Of a stretch of 64,000 bases of DNA, positions 55,281 to 64,000 are shown one piece after another. Below the pieces are notes generated by a model, which was not told where the DNA came from, ran no database searches, and was given only the letters and a program-made list of their open reading frames with translations. Position numbers and translations under genes: made by a program. This DNA is from Candidatus Nanohaloarchaea archaeon (GTDB lineage: Archaea; Nanohalarchaeota; Nanosalinia; Nanosalinales; Nanosalinaceae): positions 100,356 to 164,355 of the forward strand of contig JBDGRE010000001.1 in the NCBI GenBank assembly GCA_042218325.1. Reading direction: 5' to 3'. Every line of letters starts with the position of its first letter. Position 1 is the first letter of the stretch.

Positions 55281-57175
55281 CTTCTGGTTCCGGGTCAAGA
55301 AAAGGGTTCTACTTCTCATTCGATGCTTTCCTGGCGCTGGCAGTGATGTCTGCCTCGCTGCTCGTTGTGGCGCAGGCGTCTGATGGTTCGCTGGGAGCGT
55401 TCAAGGCGCACAGCATACAGTACCGTGAAGCCAGTCTCCTGGGCCAGGACGCTATGAAACTGGCCTCCGAGCAAACCTTCATGAGCTTCAATAACTCGTT
55501 CAGGCAGGACCTGGTGTCAGATACAGTTATGAACAGGGACGACCTGGACAGGACGGTGCTCGACGGTGTATCGCTACTGTGGGCTGCCAGGAACTTCACC
55601 TATGCGCGTGAGGTGACCCGGAGGTACTTCGACCGCAGGCTTCCGGAAAGGTACGAGTACAGGTTGCAGGTAAACGAAGACGGGAACAGGACTATTATCT
55701 ACAGCACAGGTGATATGCCGGATACACCTAGCGCGGTATCGAGCATCTCCCGGCTCGTCTCAGGGCATAAGATCGACAGGCCGAGCGAGGGTTTCCAGGC
55801 CCGTGCCCGAGCCACCTCTTTCACGAAGAATGGGACCCGGATAGTATCGTTCCCGGCGATGGGTAACGCGTACAAGAACGGTAAGTTCGAGGTCAGGAAG
55901 GAGTTCAACCTCTCCGACATCGAGAAGATATGGAGCGGTACTTTCTACATCAACGTCGAGTACAACTCCGGCCAGTCAGTGGAGCAGTTCACGATCAACG
56001 GCGTGCAGAAGAAGACGGATATCGAGGAGATATACGATAACGGTGATACGCTTTACGCAAAGGTTGATGTGACCGGTGAGCTGCAGGAGGGCAGGAACAG
56101 CATCTACCTGCGTATGAAGGGAGAGGCAAGCCAGAGCCAGCCTAACGAGTTCCAGCCGGGCACCATGCTCAGGGTGAAGTACAGGAGGGATGGATTCGCG
56201 CCGGTCAAGAGGACAAGGCGGCACAGGAGGATCTACTTCGAGAACCTCACTGCTTCGACACCGGGTGGCGAGGCAGGAATTTTCAAGGTGGAGAGCTTTG
56301 AGCTCCCGAAAGGAGCTGACCTCGTAAACGCGTCTATCCATCTGGACGCACGCGGTATCAGCAGCTCCAGCTGCGGCTACAACGGCTGGTGGGTTGACTA
56401 CGACTGGGACGTGAAAACCATATTCAACGGAGAGGTTCTGGACGAGACCTGCGCGTCGGGCAGGTTCGAGAGGGAGTACATCCTGAATGAATCTAATGTG
56501 GACCCTGGTACCAACGTCTTTACCACCTACATCGAGAACTACGGGAACACGTTCTGGGGGAGCGATGAAGTAGGCATCTACTCCGACTTTGAAACCAGCA
56601 GGTCATCGCACATCGATGTCTGGTACAACGTTTCAGGGGATAACCTCAAGTTCGGACAGATAAAGGTGACTGCCTCGGAGAAGATGGGTGGTGGAGTGGA
56701 GGAACCCAAGGTGTATGAGAAAAGCTTTAATCACGGTGAGCTCTCAGGTTCTGAGGTTTACATCGCTCAGAAGTACAGCAACACGGTGCACCTGGAGGTT
56801 GACAATGGCACAGGTTACACCAGGATCTTCCAGTCACCGGGTGTCAGGGCGTCGCCGACCCGCATAACTGTACCGGATGACTACTACAGCAGGCGAAGCC
56901 TGAACCGCGTGCGCTTATCGGATTCAGGGCCGGATATCATAAAGTTCTATCCTGAATCGACGTTCCAGTGGACGGTCTGGGCTCCTTCGCAGGTCGGCTA
57001 CGGCCCGCTGTTCGAAAACCGTACAGCCGCTGTCGAGGACGCTAGAGAGCGGCTGAAGGATGCCCTGGGACCTTTCGTGGATGCGACAGGTATCTCCCAG
57101 GATACCTTATCTACAGGAGACCAGCCGTATCTCTGGGGTCCTGCGTCTATCAAGCTGGTGATATGGCGTGAGTAG
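55271..57175 (+). CDS. Large pilin-like adhesin
   Basis: RKG|FYFSFDA class III signal; large beta-rich insert; ends GPASIKLVIWRE. Confidence 0.8.
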   Translation: MEIASGSGSRKGFYFSFDAFLALAVMSASLLVVAQASDGSLGAFKAHSIQYREASLLGQDAMKLASEQTFMSFNNSFRQDLVSDTVMNRDDLDRTVLDGVSLLWAARNFTYAREVTRRYFDRRLPERYEYRLQVNEDGNRTIIYSTGDMPDTPSAVSSISRLVSGHKIDRPSEGFQARARATSFTKNGTRIVSFPAMGNAYKNGKFEVRKEFNLSDIEKIWSGTFYINVEYNSGQSVEQFTINGVQKKTDIEEIYDNGDTLYAKVDVTGELQEGRNSIYLRMKGEASQSQPNEFQPGTMLRVKYRRDGFAPVKRTRRHRRIYFENLTASTPGGEAGIFKVESFELPKGADLVNASIHLDARGISSSSCGYNGWWVDYDWDVKTIFNGEVLDETCASGRFEREYILNESNVDPGTNVFTTYIENYGNTFWGSDEVGIYSDFETSRSSHIDVWYNVSGDNLKFGQIKVTASEKMGGGVEEPKVYEKSFNHGELSGSEVYIAQKYSNTVHLEVDNGTGYTRIFQSPGVRASPTRITVPDDYYSRRSLNRVRLSDSGPDIIKFYPESTFQWTVWAPSQVGYGPLFENRTAAVEDARERLKDALGPFVDATGISQDTLSTGDQPYLWGPASIKLVIWRE

Positions 57176-58409
57176 TTCGAAGACCGAGAGCATCCCCGCG
57201 GATTGTACTGGAACAGGGCGGAAGGGTATGGTATACACCAGTTTCGCGTTGATGGCCTCAAGTCTTATCCTGATGCTTGTCCTGGCACCGTCAGCCGAGG
57301 ATCTGGGCACAAGTTCAGGTGATGCAGCGCGTATCTCCGAGGCGTCTTTCTTCCTTGAATCAGTGCTGGCTGACATGGACCGCTCGTTATCCATAGCCAC
57401 CCGCCGGGCTCTTACAGGAGCAACCAACTACGTTATCGAGAACGGTGAGCCGCTGGTTGACCCGGGTGAGAATCTCACATCCGCCATGGTGAATGGAACG
57501 ATATCCGGGCAGGAACTGAACGCTACAGGCGATGCCTCGCTTTCGGTCTGGACCAGGAGGGTAGGCCGGATAGCGCAGAACTCGGGATACAGAGTCAAGA
57601 TAGATATAAGGGATTACTCCTTCAATCCGTCAGGCCTCGACGTGGCATCTTCCTACTCGGTCAGGGCATCGCTCTATGACCCTGCCACGCTAGTCCGGCT
57701 TAACCGTTCCAGGACCTCTCACGTGGAGGTATCGGCCTCGGGACTTGAAGACACGATGCTTCTTCTCCGCTCCGTAGGTCGGTACACGAACCAGTACACC
57801 CGGTGCAGGTTCGATGATCCTGCCGACAGGCTTTACACCGGTACAGGAACAGGGACTGCGCATGGTCTTGCCGCAGTCAATCCTGCTGACGCCTCTTCAG
57901 TGAGCAACAGTGGCGAAAAGGTGCTGGTTGCGGATGATATAGATAGCTACGCGGTCTCTGATGTGAACACCTTTGCGGGTGCTGTCTCGGCTCAACCGAA
58001 CTCTACCACCGGGTACACCGTTCCACGGGTGTTCGATACCGGGTCCATCGCCGGTGTGAAGCAGAACATGTCGCTCGTACTTCACTCCGGTGAGGTCTGG
58101 AGAACCGGCTTCAGGAGCATGTTCCAGGACGGCTGCTACGTCGAAACGGTGAGAGGGCCAGATGTCATGGACCGGTTTGAGAACGAACTGGTAAACGAGC
58201 CGGGTGAAACCGGGATCGCGACTCTCCTTGAATTGCCGCGACTACCACCCTCGCTCCAGCGGACAGGATCCGCGGTCGGTTATGTCTACTTCAACGGTAC
58301 CGGATACGGCGGATTGAATGAGGTAAGTGGAGTGAGCGGAGAGTATCCATGGTTCCGGCTGGACGATTACCACGTGGACCTGTGGGGCCTGGAGCCGCTG
58401 GCGCATTAA
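57168..58409 (+). CDS. Pilin-like protein
   Basis: RKG|MVYT plus hydrophobic helix; GLED, GPDVMDRFE, WFRLD..H. Confidence 0.75.
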   Translation: MSSSKTESIPADCTGTGRKGMVYTSFALMASSLILMLVLAPSAEDLGTSSGDAARISEASFFLESVLADMDRSLSIATRRALTGATNYVIENGEPLVDPGENLTSAMVNGTISGQELNATGDASLSVWTRRVGRIAQNSGYRVKIDIRDYSFNPSGLDVASSYSVRASLYDPATLVRLNRSRTSHVEVSASGLEDTMLLLRSVGRYTNQYTRCRFDDPADRLYTGTGTGTAHGLAAVNPADASSVSNSGEKVLVADDIDSYAVSDVNTFAGAVSAQPNSTTGYTVPRVFDTGSIAGVKQNMSLVLHSGEVWRTGFRSMFQDGCYVETVRGPDVMDRFENELVNEPGETGIATLLELPRLPPSLQRTGSAVGYVYFNGTGYGGLNEVSGVSGEYPWFRLDDYHVDLWGLEPLAH

Positions 58410-58423
58410 AAATAAGAAAAAAA
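58408..58423 (-). terminator. Oligo-T terminator of the major pilin gene
   Basis: TTTTTTTCTTATTTTT on the minus strand just after the stop. Confidence 0.55.
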
Positions 58424-58438
58424 GTGGGTTTGAAGGGA

Positions 58439-58885
58439 CTAGCTGGACATCTTGTCCTTGATGGTGCCAGATACCTGCTGGGCTACACCTGCCGTGTACT
58501 CGATTTCTACATCGTAGCTGGTGCATGCGTCCGAACTGGTGATGGCTGGGAACGAGACTGAAGTCGTATCTCCCGCCCGTAGAGTGGTTCCTATGCCTGT
58601 CTGGCTAGCGATTGATGTCCCATCACTGGTGATGTTCACAGCGTTGAGCGTGACCTGCTCTCGCTTGTTGTTCTTGATCTGCAGGTTGAGCCCGGTATCC
58701 GTTGCACCGAACTCTGCGATGGCAACCGGAGTGGAGGCTAGACCGTTCTGCTTGGAGCACTGTCCCCTCACGGTTGCGAAAATCGCTCCGCCTACGATGG
58801 CTACTACGAGAAGCATCCATCCGTAGGTCATCAGGTACTCGATCGCTGACTGTCCCTTGCGTCTGTGGAAACTGGTTGATTTCAT
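58439..58885 (-). CDS. Major type IV pilin candidate
   Basis: RKG|QSAIEYLMTYGWMLLVVAIV; monocistronic with its own promoter and terminator. Confidence 0.88.
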   Translation of the reverse strand: MKSTSFHRRKGQSAIEYLMTYGWMLLVVAIVGGAIFATVRGQCSKQNGLASTPVAIAEFGATDTGLNLQIKNNKREQVTLNAVNITSDGTSIASQTGIGTTLRAGDTTSVSFPAITSSDACTSYDVEIEYTAGVAQQVSGTIKDKMSS

Positions 58886-58976
58886 CAGGTTTTACACCCG
58901 AGCATATGCCTAAATACGCGAGGCCTTTATAAAAAAGGTTGTACTGTTTGCCGGGAAGAGGGACTCAATTCCTCTG

Positions 58977-59957
58977 CTACGAGAAGCCGCCCATAACGGA
59001 TGCGAGCGCGCCCTTTATGATGAAGAACAGGATCAGGGACACTGCTATCATCGGGGGTATGTACTTCGCGCCTTCCTTGACGTTCGCGTTCTTTATCTGC
59101 GAGATTATCAGCGCCGAAAAGAAGTTGATGACGATTATCGCCATGACGGAGAACTGCTCGAAGAACGCCGTGTTGACCTGTGGTTTCTGGAAGGTCAGGC
59201 CCAGCTGGCCTCCTGTCTGCAGGTCGCCGATGTTCGTGCCTGCCCACATCTCCGCTGTCGTCTGGGACATGTAGACTGATATGGAGAAAAGCAGTGGGGC
59301 ACCTATGACCGCGGCCATCACTATGAATATGACGTACATACGGATGTTGGAGTTGATCTCTTCTCTCAGCTCCATGGAGTTCCTGATGTCGTCTGCGCTG
59401 GATTCGAGGAGTTCGGCCGAGTTCCCACCCGCCTCGAGCCCGTCTATCAGCAGCTTTATGGTCTCCTTGAACAGGCCTGACTTGACCCTGTACTCCAGGT
59501 CGTCCAGCGCCTCCTCGACCGGTTTGCCTCCGAACATCTGCATCGCCGTCGTCCTAAGCTCTTCCGCAAGCGGCCCGAACTCATCTCTCGCGCTCAGGAG
59601 GAACGCCTTCTCGATGTTGAGACCGGATTTCATGTTCGCGCTTATTAGAAGTAAAGCGTCCGGGAGGACGTTCTCCATCTCCTTCCGTCTCCTCTCCGCT
59701 GCTATCGAGACTATGACGTAGGGAACGAGCGGCGGTACCGTGACCAGGCCCAGACCCAGCAGCGCCACTTTCCACGCAAGGCTGTAAGGCAGCAGCATGG
59801 AGCCTATCAGGATCGCGGCGGCCACGGCGACCATGCCATGAAGCACTATGCTCTCGTGGTTGTCCATCGAGGCGTAACGTGCCTCTCTTTCTACGCGGTC
59901 GCGGTATGCCTCCGGCAGTTTTTCGTAAATCCCTCTCTCGCTTACAGGTGTCTTCAT
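58977..59957 (-). CDS. TadC/T2SS-F-like pilus platform protein
   Basis: LPDAL....ANMKSG...FGPL.EE, GGN..ELLE; start MKTPVS overlaps the upstream stop. Confidence 0.88.
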   Translation of the reverse strand: MKTPVSERGIYEKLPEAYRDRVEREARYASMDNHESIVLHGMVAVAAAILIGSMLLPYSLAWKVALLGLGLVTVPPLVPYVIVSIAAERRRKEMENVLPDALLLISANMKSGLNIEKAFLLSARDEFGPLAEELRTTAMQMFGGKPVEEALDDLEYRVKSGLFKETIKLLIDGLEAGGNSAELLESSADDIRNSMELREEINSNIRMYVIFIVMAAVIGAPLLFSISVYMSQTTAEMWAGTNIGDLQTGGQLGLTFQKPQVNTAFFEQFSVMAIIVINFFSALIISQIKNANVKEGAKYIPPMIAVSLILFFIIKGALASVMGGFS

Positions 59958-60811
59958 CAGGTCTTCACCTCCGGTCTCTTGGACTTCACGAAGTTCAGGA
60001 AGAACAGCTGGAAAAGTATCAGGCCCACGATTATCTGGTAGAACGTGAATTTGCCAAGGCTCACACCGGTGAACGTGGAGAGCACGATCATGAAAGTTAC
60101 GCCGAGCGAAGGCACTATGACCGCTATCATAAGGTAGACGAGCACGTACGGGTTGAGCTCCTTGCCGTACCGCTTGACCTCCAGCTTCTGCTGCTTGACC
60201 ATCGCCTCGACAAGCGAGTCCAGCGTGTGAGAGATGTCGGTCCCGGACTTCAGCGCGTTTATCATCTGCCACATCGCTCTCCGGTACTGCGTACTCGGAT
60301 TCCTCACGATGGAGTCCTCCAGCGCTTCTACCTGCGGCTTCCCGCCGTTGATATCCTTCACTATCCGGTTGAACTCCCTGGAGGCCTCCCCGTAGTCCTC
60401 GCTGACCGATACCATGGCCTCGTACAGCGAGATGCCAGAACGGACCTCGATAAGCATGTGTCGCAGTGCGTACGGCAGGTCCCGCTCCAGTTTCCGTGAC
60501 CGCTTCTTGGCTTTTACCTTCGGGTAGTTCGCGAACGAGAGGAATCCGAAGAAGGACAGCAGCGGCGCTCCTATAAGGGAACCTATCATTATCTGTCTCT
60601 GCCCCGTCGAGAAACCGAAGGCGAGCAGCGCCAGCGTTATGGTGCCTCCTATCTGAAGGCCGCGGAAAAGAGCCGACGCGAGGAATATATCTGGATCGGT
60701 GTCTATACGGGCTCTCGTCAGGTCTCGCTGCACGTTGGGGACCAGTTTCTTCAGCCTCTGTGCGGCCGGGAGCAGGGGCTGTATGTATCTGTCCGAGACA
60801 CGGAGATCCAT
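59957..60811 (-). CDS. TadB/T2SS-F-like pilus platform protein
   Basis: LPYALRHM...SGISL...YGEASREF, SGTD, YGKELNP. Confidence 0.88.
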   Translation of the reverse strand: MDLRVSDRYIQPLLPAAQRLKKLVPNVQRDLTRARIDTDPDIFLASALFRGLQIGGTITLALLAFGFSTGQRQIMIGSLIGAPLLSFFGFLSFANYPKVKAKKRSRKLERDLPYALRHMLIEVRSGISLYEAMVSVSEDYGEASREFNRIVKDINGGKPQVEALEDSIVRNPSTQYRRAMWQMINALKSGTDISHTLDSLVEAMVKQQKLEVKRYGKELNPYVLVYLMIAVIVPSLGVTFMIVLSTFTGVSLGKFTFYQIIVGLILFQLFFLNFVKSKRPEVKT

Positions 60812-60891
60812 CTTAAGAGTTTTTTCTGGAGGCTCGAATAAAAAGTAGCCCGGCAAATCGTTTTTTATACCAGCGCCGGGAACACTGGAAC

Positions 60892-61212
60892 ATGAACGGT
60901 TTCAACCTTTTCCTGGAGTTCGTGGCCCTTATACTGTCCATATCCTCCCTCGGGCTGATATACATCGCCATAAGGGAATGCAGCGAGTCCCAGTTTGTGC
61001 CGATTTATTACTTCCTCGCGCTCAGCTCCGGCGGTGTGGCAGTCCTTTCCCTGGCCCGGATAGAGGCGATGTTCTGGGGGAACGGTTTCGTCGTGTCATC
61101 GGCTCTCCTGCAGGATCTTTTCATCTCGTATATCGCGCTGTTCCTGTTCGGCTCGCTCTGGCAGAGCTACGAGGCAGAGATGTGCGTGCCAAGGTTCGTC
61201 GACAGCGACTAG
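60892..61212 (+). CDS. Three-TM membrane protein
   Basis: Hydrophobic ORF with upstream TATA; opposite strand within the pilus cluster. Confidence 0.7.
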   Translation: MNGFNLFLEFVALILSISSLGLIYIAIRECSESQFVPIYYFLALSSGGVAVLSLARIEAMFWGNGFVVSSALLQDLFISYIALFLFGSLWQSYEAEMCVPRFVDSD

Positions 61213-62825
61213 TCCTCGATGACGGGTGCGGGGTCAGAGCCCTCCTCTGCGAGCGTTACTATCTCTTCCGGATCGGAGTAGTACTCTGCTATGACCTTGC
61301 CGACGGTGTCGACCTCGTTAATCTCCTTGTCTTCCATCCACTCCAGTACAGTTTTCTTTTCCTCGAGGTTCTTGTCTATCTCTTCGCGGCTCATACCGGT
61401 GTGGAGGTTCAATGTACTGTATATCTGCTGTGATTCCTGCTTCTTCTCGACCTCGTCCTCCTTCGACTGCCACTCGTAGATGACGTTGGCATGGACCTCG
61501 TCTTCCTCGTTCTCACCTATCTCCGCTACTTCCATCACGCGGCGGAAGTTCCTCCTCCTGTCGCGGAACATGACCACGTTGACATCGACCGCGTCGACCA
61601 TGGTCTTCGGTACGTCGATGGGCGGGTTCACCAGCCTCCGCACGGTCTGCTCCGCGGTGTCGGCGTGGAGAGTGGAGTAGACGGAGTGGCCGGTGTGCAT
61701 CGCCTCGAACAGTACCTCGGCCTGCTGCTTCTTCCTTATCTCTCCTACAAGGATGCGGTCGGGACGCATACGGAGCGCGTTGACAAGCAGGTCAAGCATC
61801 GAAACACCGCCTTTTCCTTCCGGGTTCGGCTCCCGCGTGGTCAGCGGCACCCAGTGCAGGAAGTTCGGCAGCGAGACCTCACGCGTGTCCTCGATGGACA
61901 GCACGCGCTGGTTCGGAGGTATGAACGGCATAAGCACGTTCAACAGCGAGGTCTTTCCGGCGCCGGTACCTCCCGAGACTATGACGTTGAGCTCGTACTG
62001 GAGGCACAGCCACAGGAAGGCCGCGACCTCCCTGGTGATGGTCCCGTTCTGTATGAAGTCGGTTATCGTCCAGGGATCCCGCGCGAACTTACGTATGGTT
62101 ATAGTGTTGCCCTGCGTCGAGATGGGGTACAGCGTCGCGTTCGTCCTGTCTCCCGAGGGCAGGTGCGCGTCGAGCAGCGGATGCAGGGAGGATATGTTCT
62201 TCCCTACCCGGCGGCCGATCTCGGAGGCGTAGTTGTAGACCTGGTCCTCGTCGTCGAACTCGATATCCGTCTTCATCCAGCCGAGCTCCTTGTGGTACAC
62301 CCAGGCCGGTTCCTGGGAGGAGTTGATGACTATCTCCTCGAGGTGCTGGTCGTTCAGCAGTAACTCGATATCGCCGAGCCCCAGCATCTCGTGGATAAGA
62401 TTGCCTATCAGTATCTGTTTCACGCGTTCCTCTGTGGCGGGAAGCTCCTCTTCGAGCTGCGCCATGGCCTGGTCCCTGAACTTCTGCTTGACGTTCTCCA
62501 GCTCCTTCGCATTGACGAACTCCTCCGTCGAGAGATTTACCTCTCGGACAACCTGCTCCTTGAGGTCGCTGAGGACGGCCTCCGTCGCAGTCCGTATCTC
62601 CGGCCTCTGCACCTGGTACGTCAGGACGTACTCTTCTTCCTCGTCAAGTATCTTTACTCTCGCCGGTACACCGTCGGCCTCCACCTCGTACTCGTCCTCG
62701 AGCTCGGATTCTGTCTCGTCTTCACCAGACCTTTCGACTGCTTCTATACCTTTATCGTCGTCCGGCTCTCGCCCTTCCTCTGTCTCCTGCTGGTTCACCC
62801 GAGGCCTGTCGCTTCCATCACTCAT
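61209..62825 (-). CDS. Type IV pilus assembly ATPase (CpaF/VirB11/FlaI family)
   Basis: ITIRKF, GGTGAGKT, SIEDTRE, ALRMRPDRILVGEIR, TGH...STLHA. Confidence 0.95.
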   Translation of the reverse strand: MSDGSDRPRVNQQETEEGREPDDDKGIEAVERSGEDETESELEDEYEVEADGVPARVKILDEEEEYVLTYQVQRPEIRTATEAVLSDLKEQVVREVNLSTEEFVNAKELENVKQKFRDQAMAQLEEELPATEERVKQILIGNLIHEMLGLGDIELLLNDQHLEEIVINSSQEPAWVYHKELGWMKTDIEFDDEDQVYNYASEIGRRVGKNISSLHPLLDAHLPSGDRTNATLYPISTQGNTITIRKFARDPWTITDFIQNGTITREVAAFLWLCLQYELNVIVSGGTGAGKTSLLNVLMPFIPPNQRVLSIEDTREVSLPNFLHWVPLTTREPNPEGKGGVSMLDLLVNALRMRPDRILVGEIRKKQQAEVLFEAMHTGHSVYSTLHADTAEQTVRRLVNPPIDVPKTMVDAVDVNVVMFRDRRRNFRRVMEVAEIGENEEDEVHANVIYEWQSKEDEVEKKQESQQIYSTLNLHTGMSREEIDKNLEEKKTVLEWMEDKEINEVDTVGKVIAEYYSDPEEIVTLAEEGSDPAPVIED

Positions 62826-63717
62826 CTTTCCTGTCCTCCAGCCATCTCAGCAGCGTTTCACGGTTCTTACCCTGTTCTTCGAGTTCTATTACCCTTTCGT
62901 AGTCAGGGGAATCCATGTCCGCTATGTCCTCTTTCGCCTCCTCTACAGTTCCCTCAAGCGCCCGCCTGTACCGGCTCTTGCCGACGAGACCCTTTAGCCT
63001 GGATTTGAACGACGCGAAGATACCCCTGGCTTCCTCTTCCTCCTCTTCGAGGTCTTTCAGCTGTTCCTCGAACTCTTCAGCCGTCTCTGCATGCTTCTCC
63101 AGCTTCTTCATCGCCTTGATCTTTTTCCGTACCTCGTCTTTCTCCTGCTCGAACTCTTCCGCTTTTTCCTCCGCCTCCTCTATCCTTTCGAGCGCGGAAT
63201 CAATCTTGGATAACAGGTTAACCGAACGGGAACGCAGTTTCTCCTCTTTCTCGGCCTGCTGCGACAGCTCGTTCTCGAGCTCCTCTTCCAGGTCTTCCAG
63301 TTTTTCGAGCTTCTCCTTGACATCTTCCTCTTTCTCCCGGTTGTCCTCAAGCTCTTCCGCCATCTCCTTGAGATTTTCCCGGGCCTCCTGTATCTCGCTG
63401 CCTTTTTGTTCGAGCTCCCCCTCTACTTCTGCCGTCTTCTGCTCTACTTTTTCTCTTATCTCATCGAGTTTTTCCTCGGCCGCCTCCTTGTTCTGCTTCG
63501 TGTATTCAAGTATCATGCCCTGTCTCGCCGAGTACTCCTTCTCGACGAAATCGCTTTCATCGAGGGCCTTGGCCCACTCCTTTATACGGTCCTCAGAGAC
63601 ACCGAGGTCTTCCGATATCTTCGACACGGTGGCTTTCTGGTTCTCTGCAAGGTAGTTGAGGAGCGTGTCCACCCCGGTCTCTATAACAAGGTCTTCCCAG
63701 TCGTCGTCCTCGGCCAT
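62818..63717 (-). CDS. HTH + coiled-coil protein with C-terminal helical module
   Basis: IETGVD.L...VSKISEDLGV.EDRIKEWA..L (wHTH); E/K coiled coil; tail LEGTVEEAK...GKNRETLL. Confidence 0.8.
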   Translation of the reverse strand: MAEDDDWEDLVIETGVDTLLNYLAENQKATVSKISEDLGVSEDRIKEWAKALDESDFVEKEYSARQGMILEYTKQNKEAAEEKLDEIREKVEQKTAEVEGELEQKGSEIQEARENLKEMAEELEDNREKEEDVKEKLEKLEDLEEELENELSQQAEKEEKLRSRSVNLLSKIDSALERIEEAEEKAEEFEQEKDEVRKKIKAMKKLEKHAETAEEFEEQLKDLEEEEEEARGIFASFKSRLKGLVGKSRYRRALEGTVEEAKEDIADMDSPDYERVIELEEQGKNRETLLRWLEDRKDE

Positions 63718-63760
63718 CAGAACAGTATAGTTTTAACTCCATCCGGTTTTAAAGACTGTT

Positions 63761-64000
63761 ATGTTCGTGATTTTCTCCCATATACTGGCGTTCTCCACGC
63801 TTTTCGTCGCCGCCATCTCCGACCTCAAGACCACGGATGTGCCGGATATCTTCGGGGTCGCGGGAGTGATAGGAGGCGTATCGCTTCACGCCGCGCAGGC
63901 GTACACAACTGGGTCCATCGACCCGCTTCTCTGGAGTATAGGCGCAGGTACAGTTTTCTCTCTCTACGGCTGGGGCGCGTACCTCCTCGGTATGTGGGGA
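63761..64000 (+). CDS. Prepilin peptidase (A24 family), 3'-truncated by window edge
   Basis: TM then SDLKTTDVPD (first catalytic Asp motif); window ends at LGMWG, just before the expected GxD; adjacent to the pilus cluster. Confidence 0.75.
   Translation, partial: MFVIFSHILAFSTLFVAAISDLKTTDVPDIFGVAGVIGGVSLHAAQAYTTGSIDPLLWSIGAGTVFSLYGWGAYLLGMWG

Noticed and set aside
58977-60272. 431-aa track ORF for TadC, and extended starts of 31712-32323 and 44743-45417
   Set aside because: The extensions overlap real neighbouring genes; internal ATGs fit operon coupling

Overview
This is a gene-dense, GC-rich archaeal chromosomal segment with a strongly acidic proteome, short intergenic spacers and TATA-box promoters. 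It is most consistent with a Nanohaloarchaeota (DPANN) genome, which is an inference from gene content and composition. The left part (1-31 kb) is mostly housekeeping: a co-located tRNA-splicing set (intein-split RtcB, archease, EndA), cmk, rnhB, glyS, pgk, trpS, pheST, ndk, a HerA-like ATPase, pth2, truD, glycosyltransferases and three tRNAs (Ser-GGA and Val-TAC with long structured introns, and initiator Met). The middle (32.6-49.2 kb) is an about 16.5 kb cell-surface locus: anchorless Ig/WxL-like subunits, membrane-anchored partners and a MoxR-DUF58-VWA operon. The right part carries MinD, a PpsA fused to a winged helix, and a type IV pilus cluster. Best leads: (1) a putative non-type-IV, strand-complemented surface filament system coupled to MoxR/VWA; (2) an EndA whose catalytic Lys position is Ala, with a basic loop insertion, alongside atypical tRNA introns; (3) a dispersed 17-18 bp motif around an AT-richer intergenic gap (candidate origin or centromere-like site); (4) a tRNA-iMet 3'-end duplication around a small palindrome. 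All family assignments come from recalled motifs; no database searches were run.
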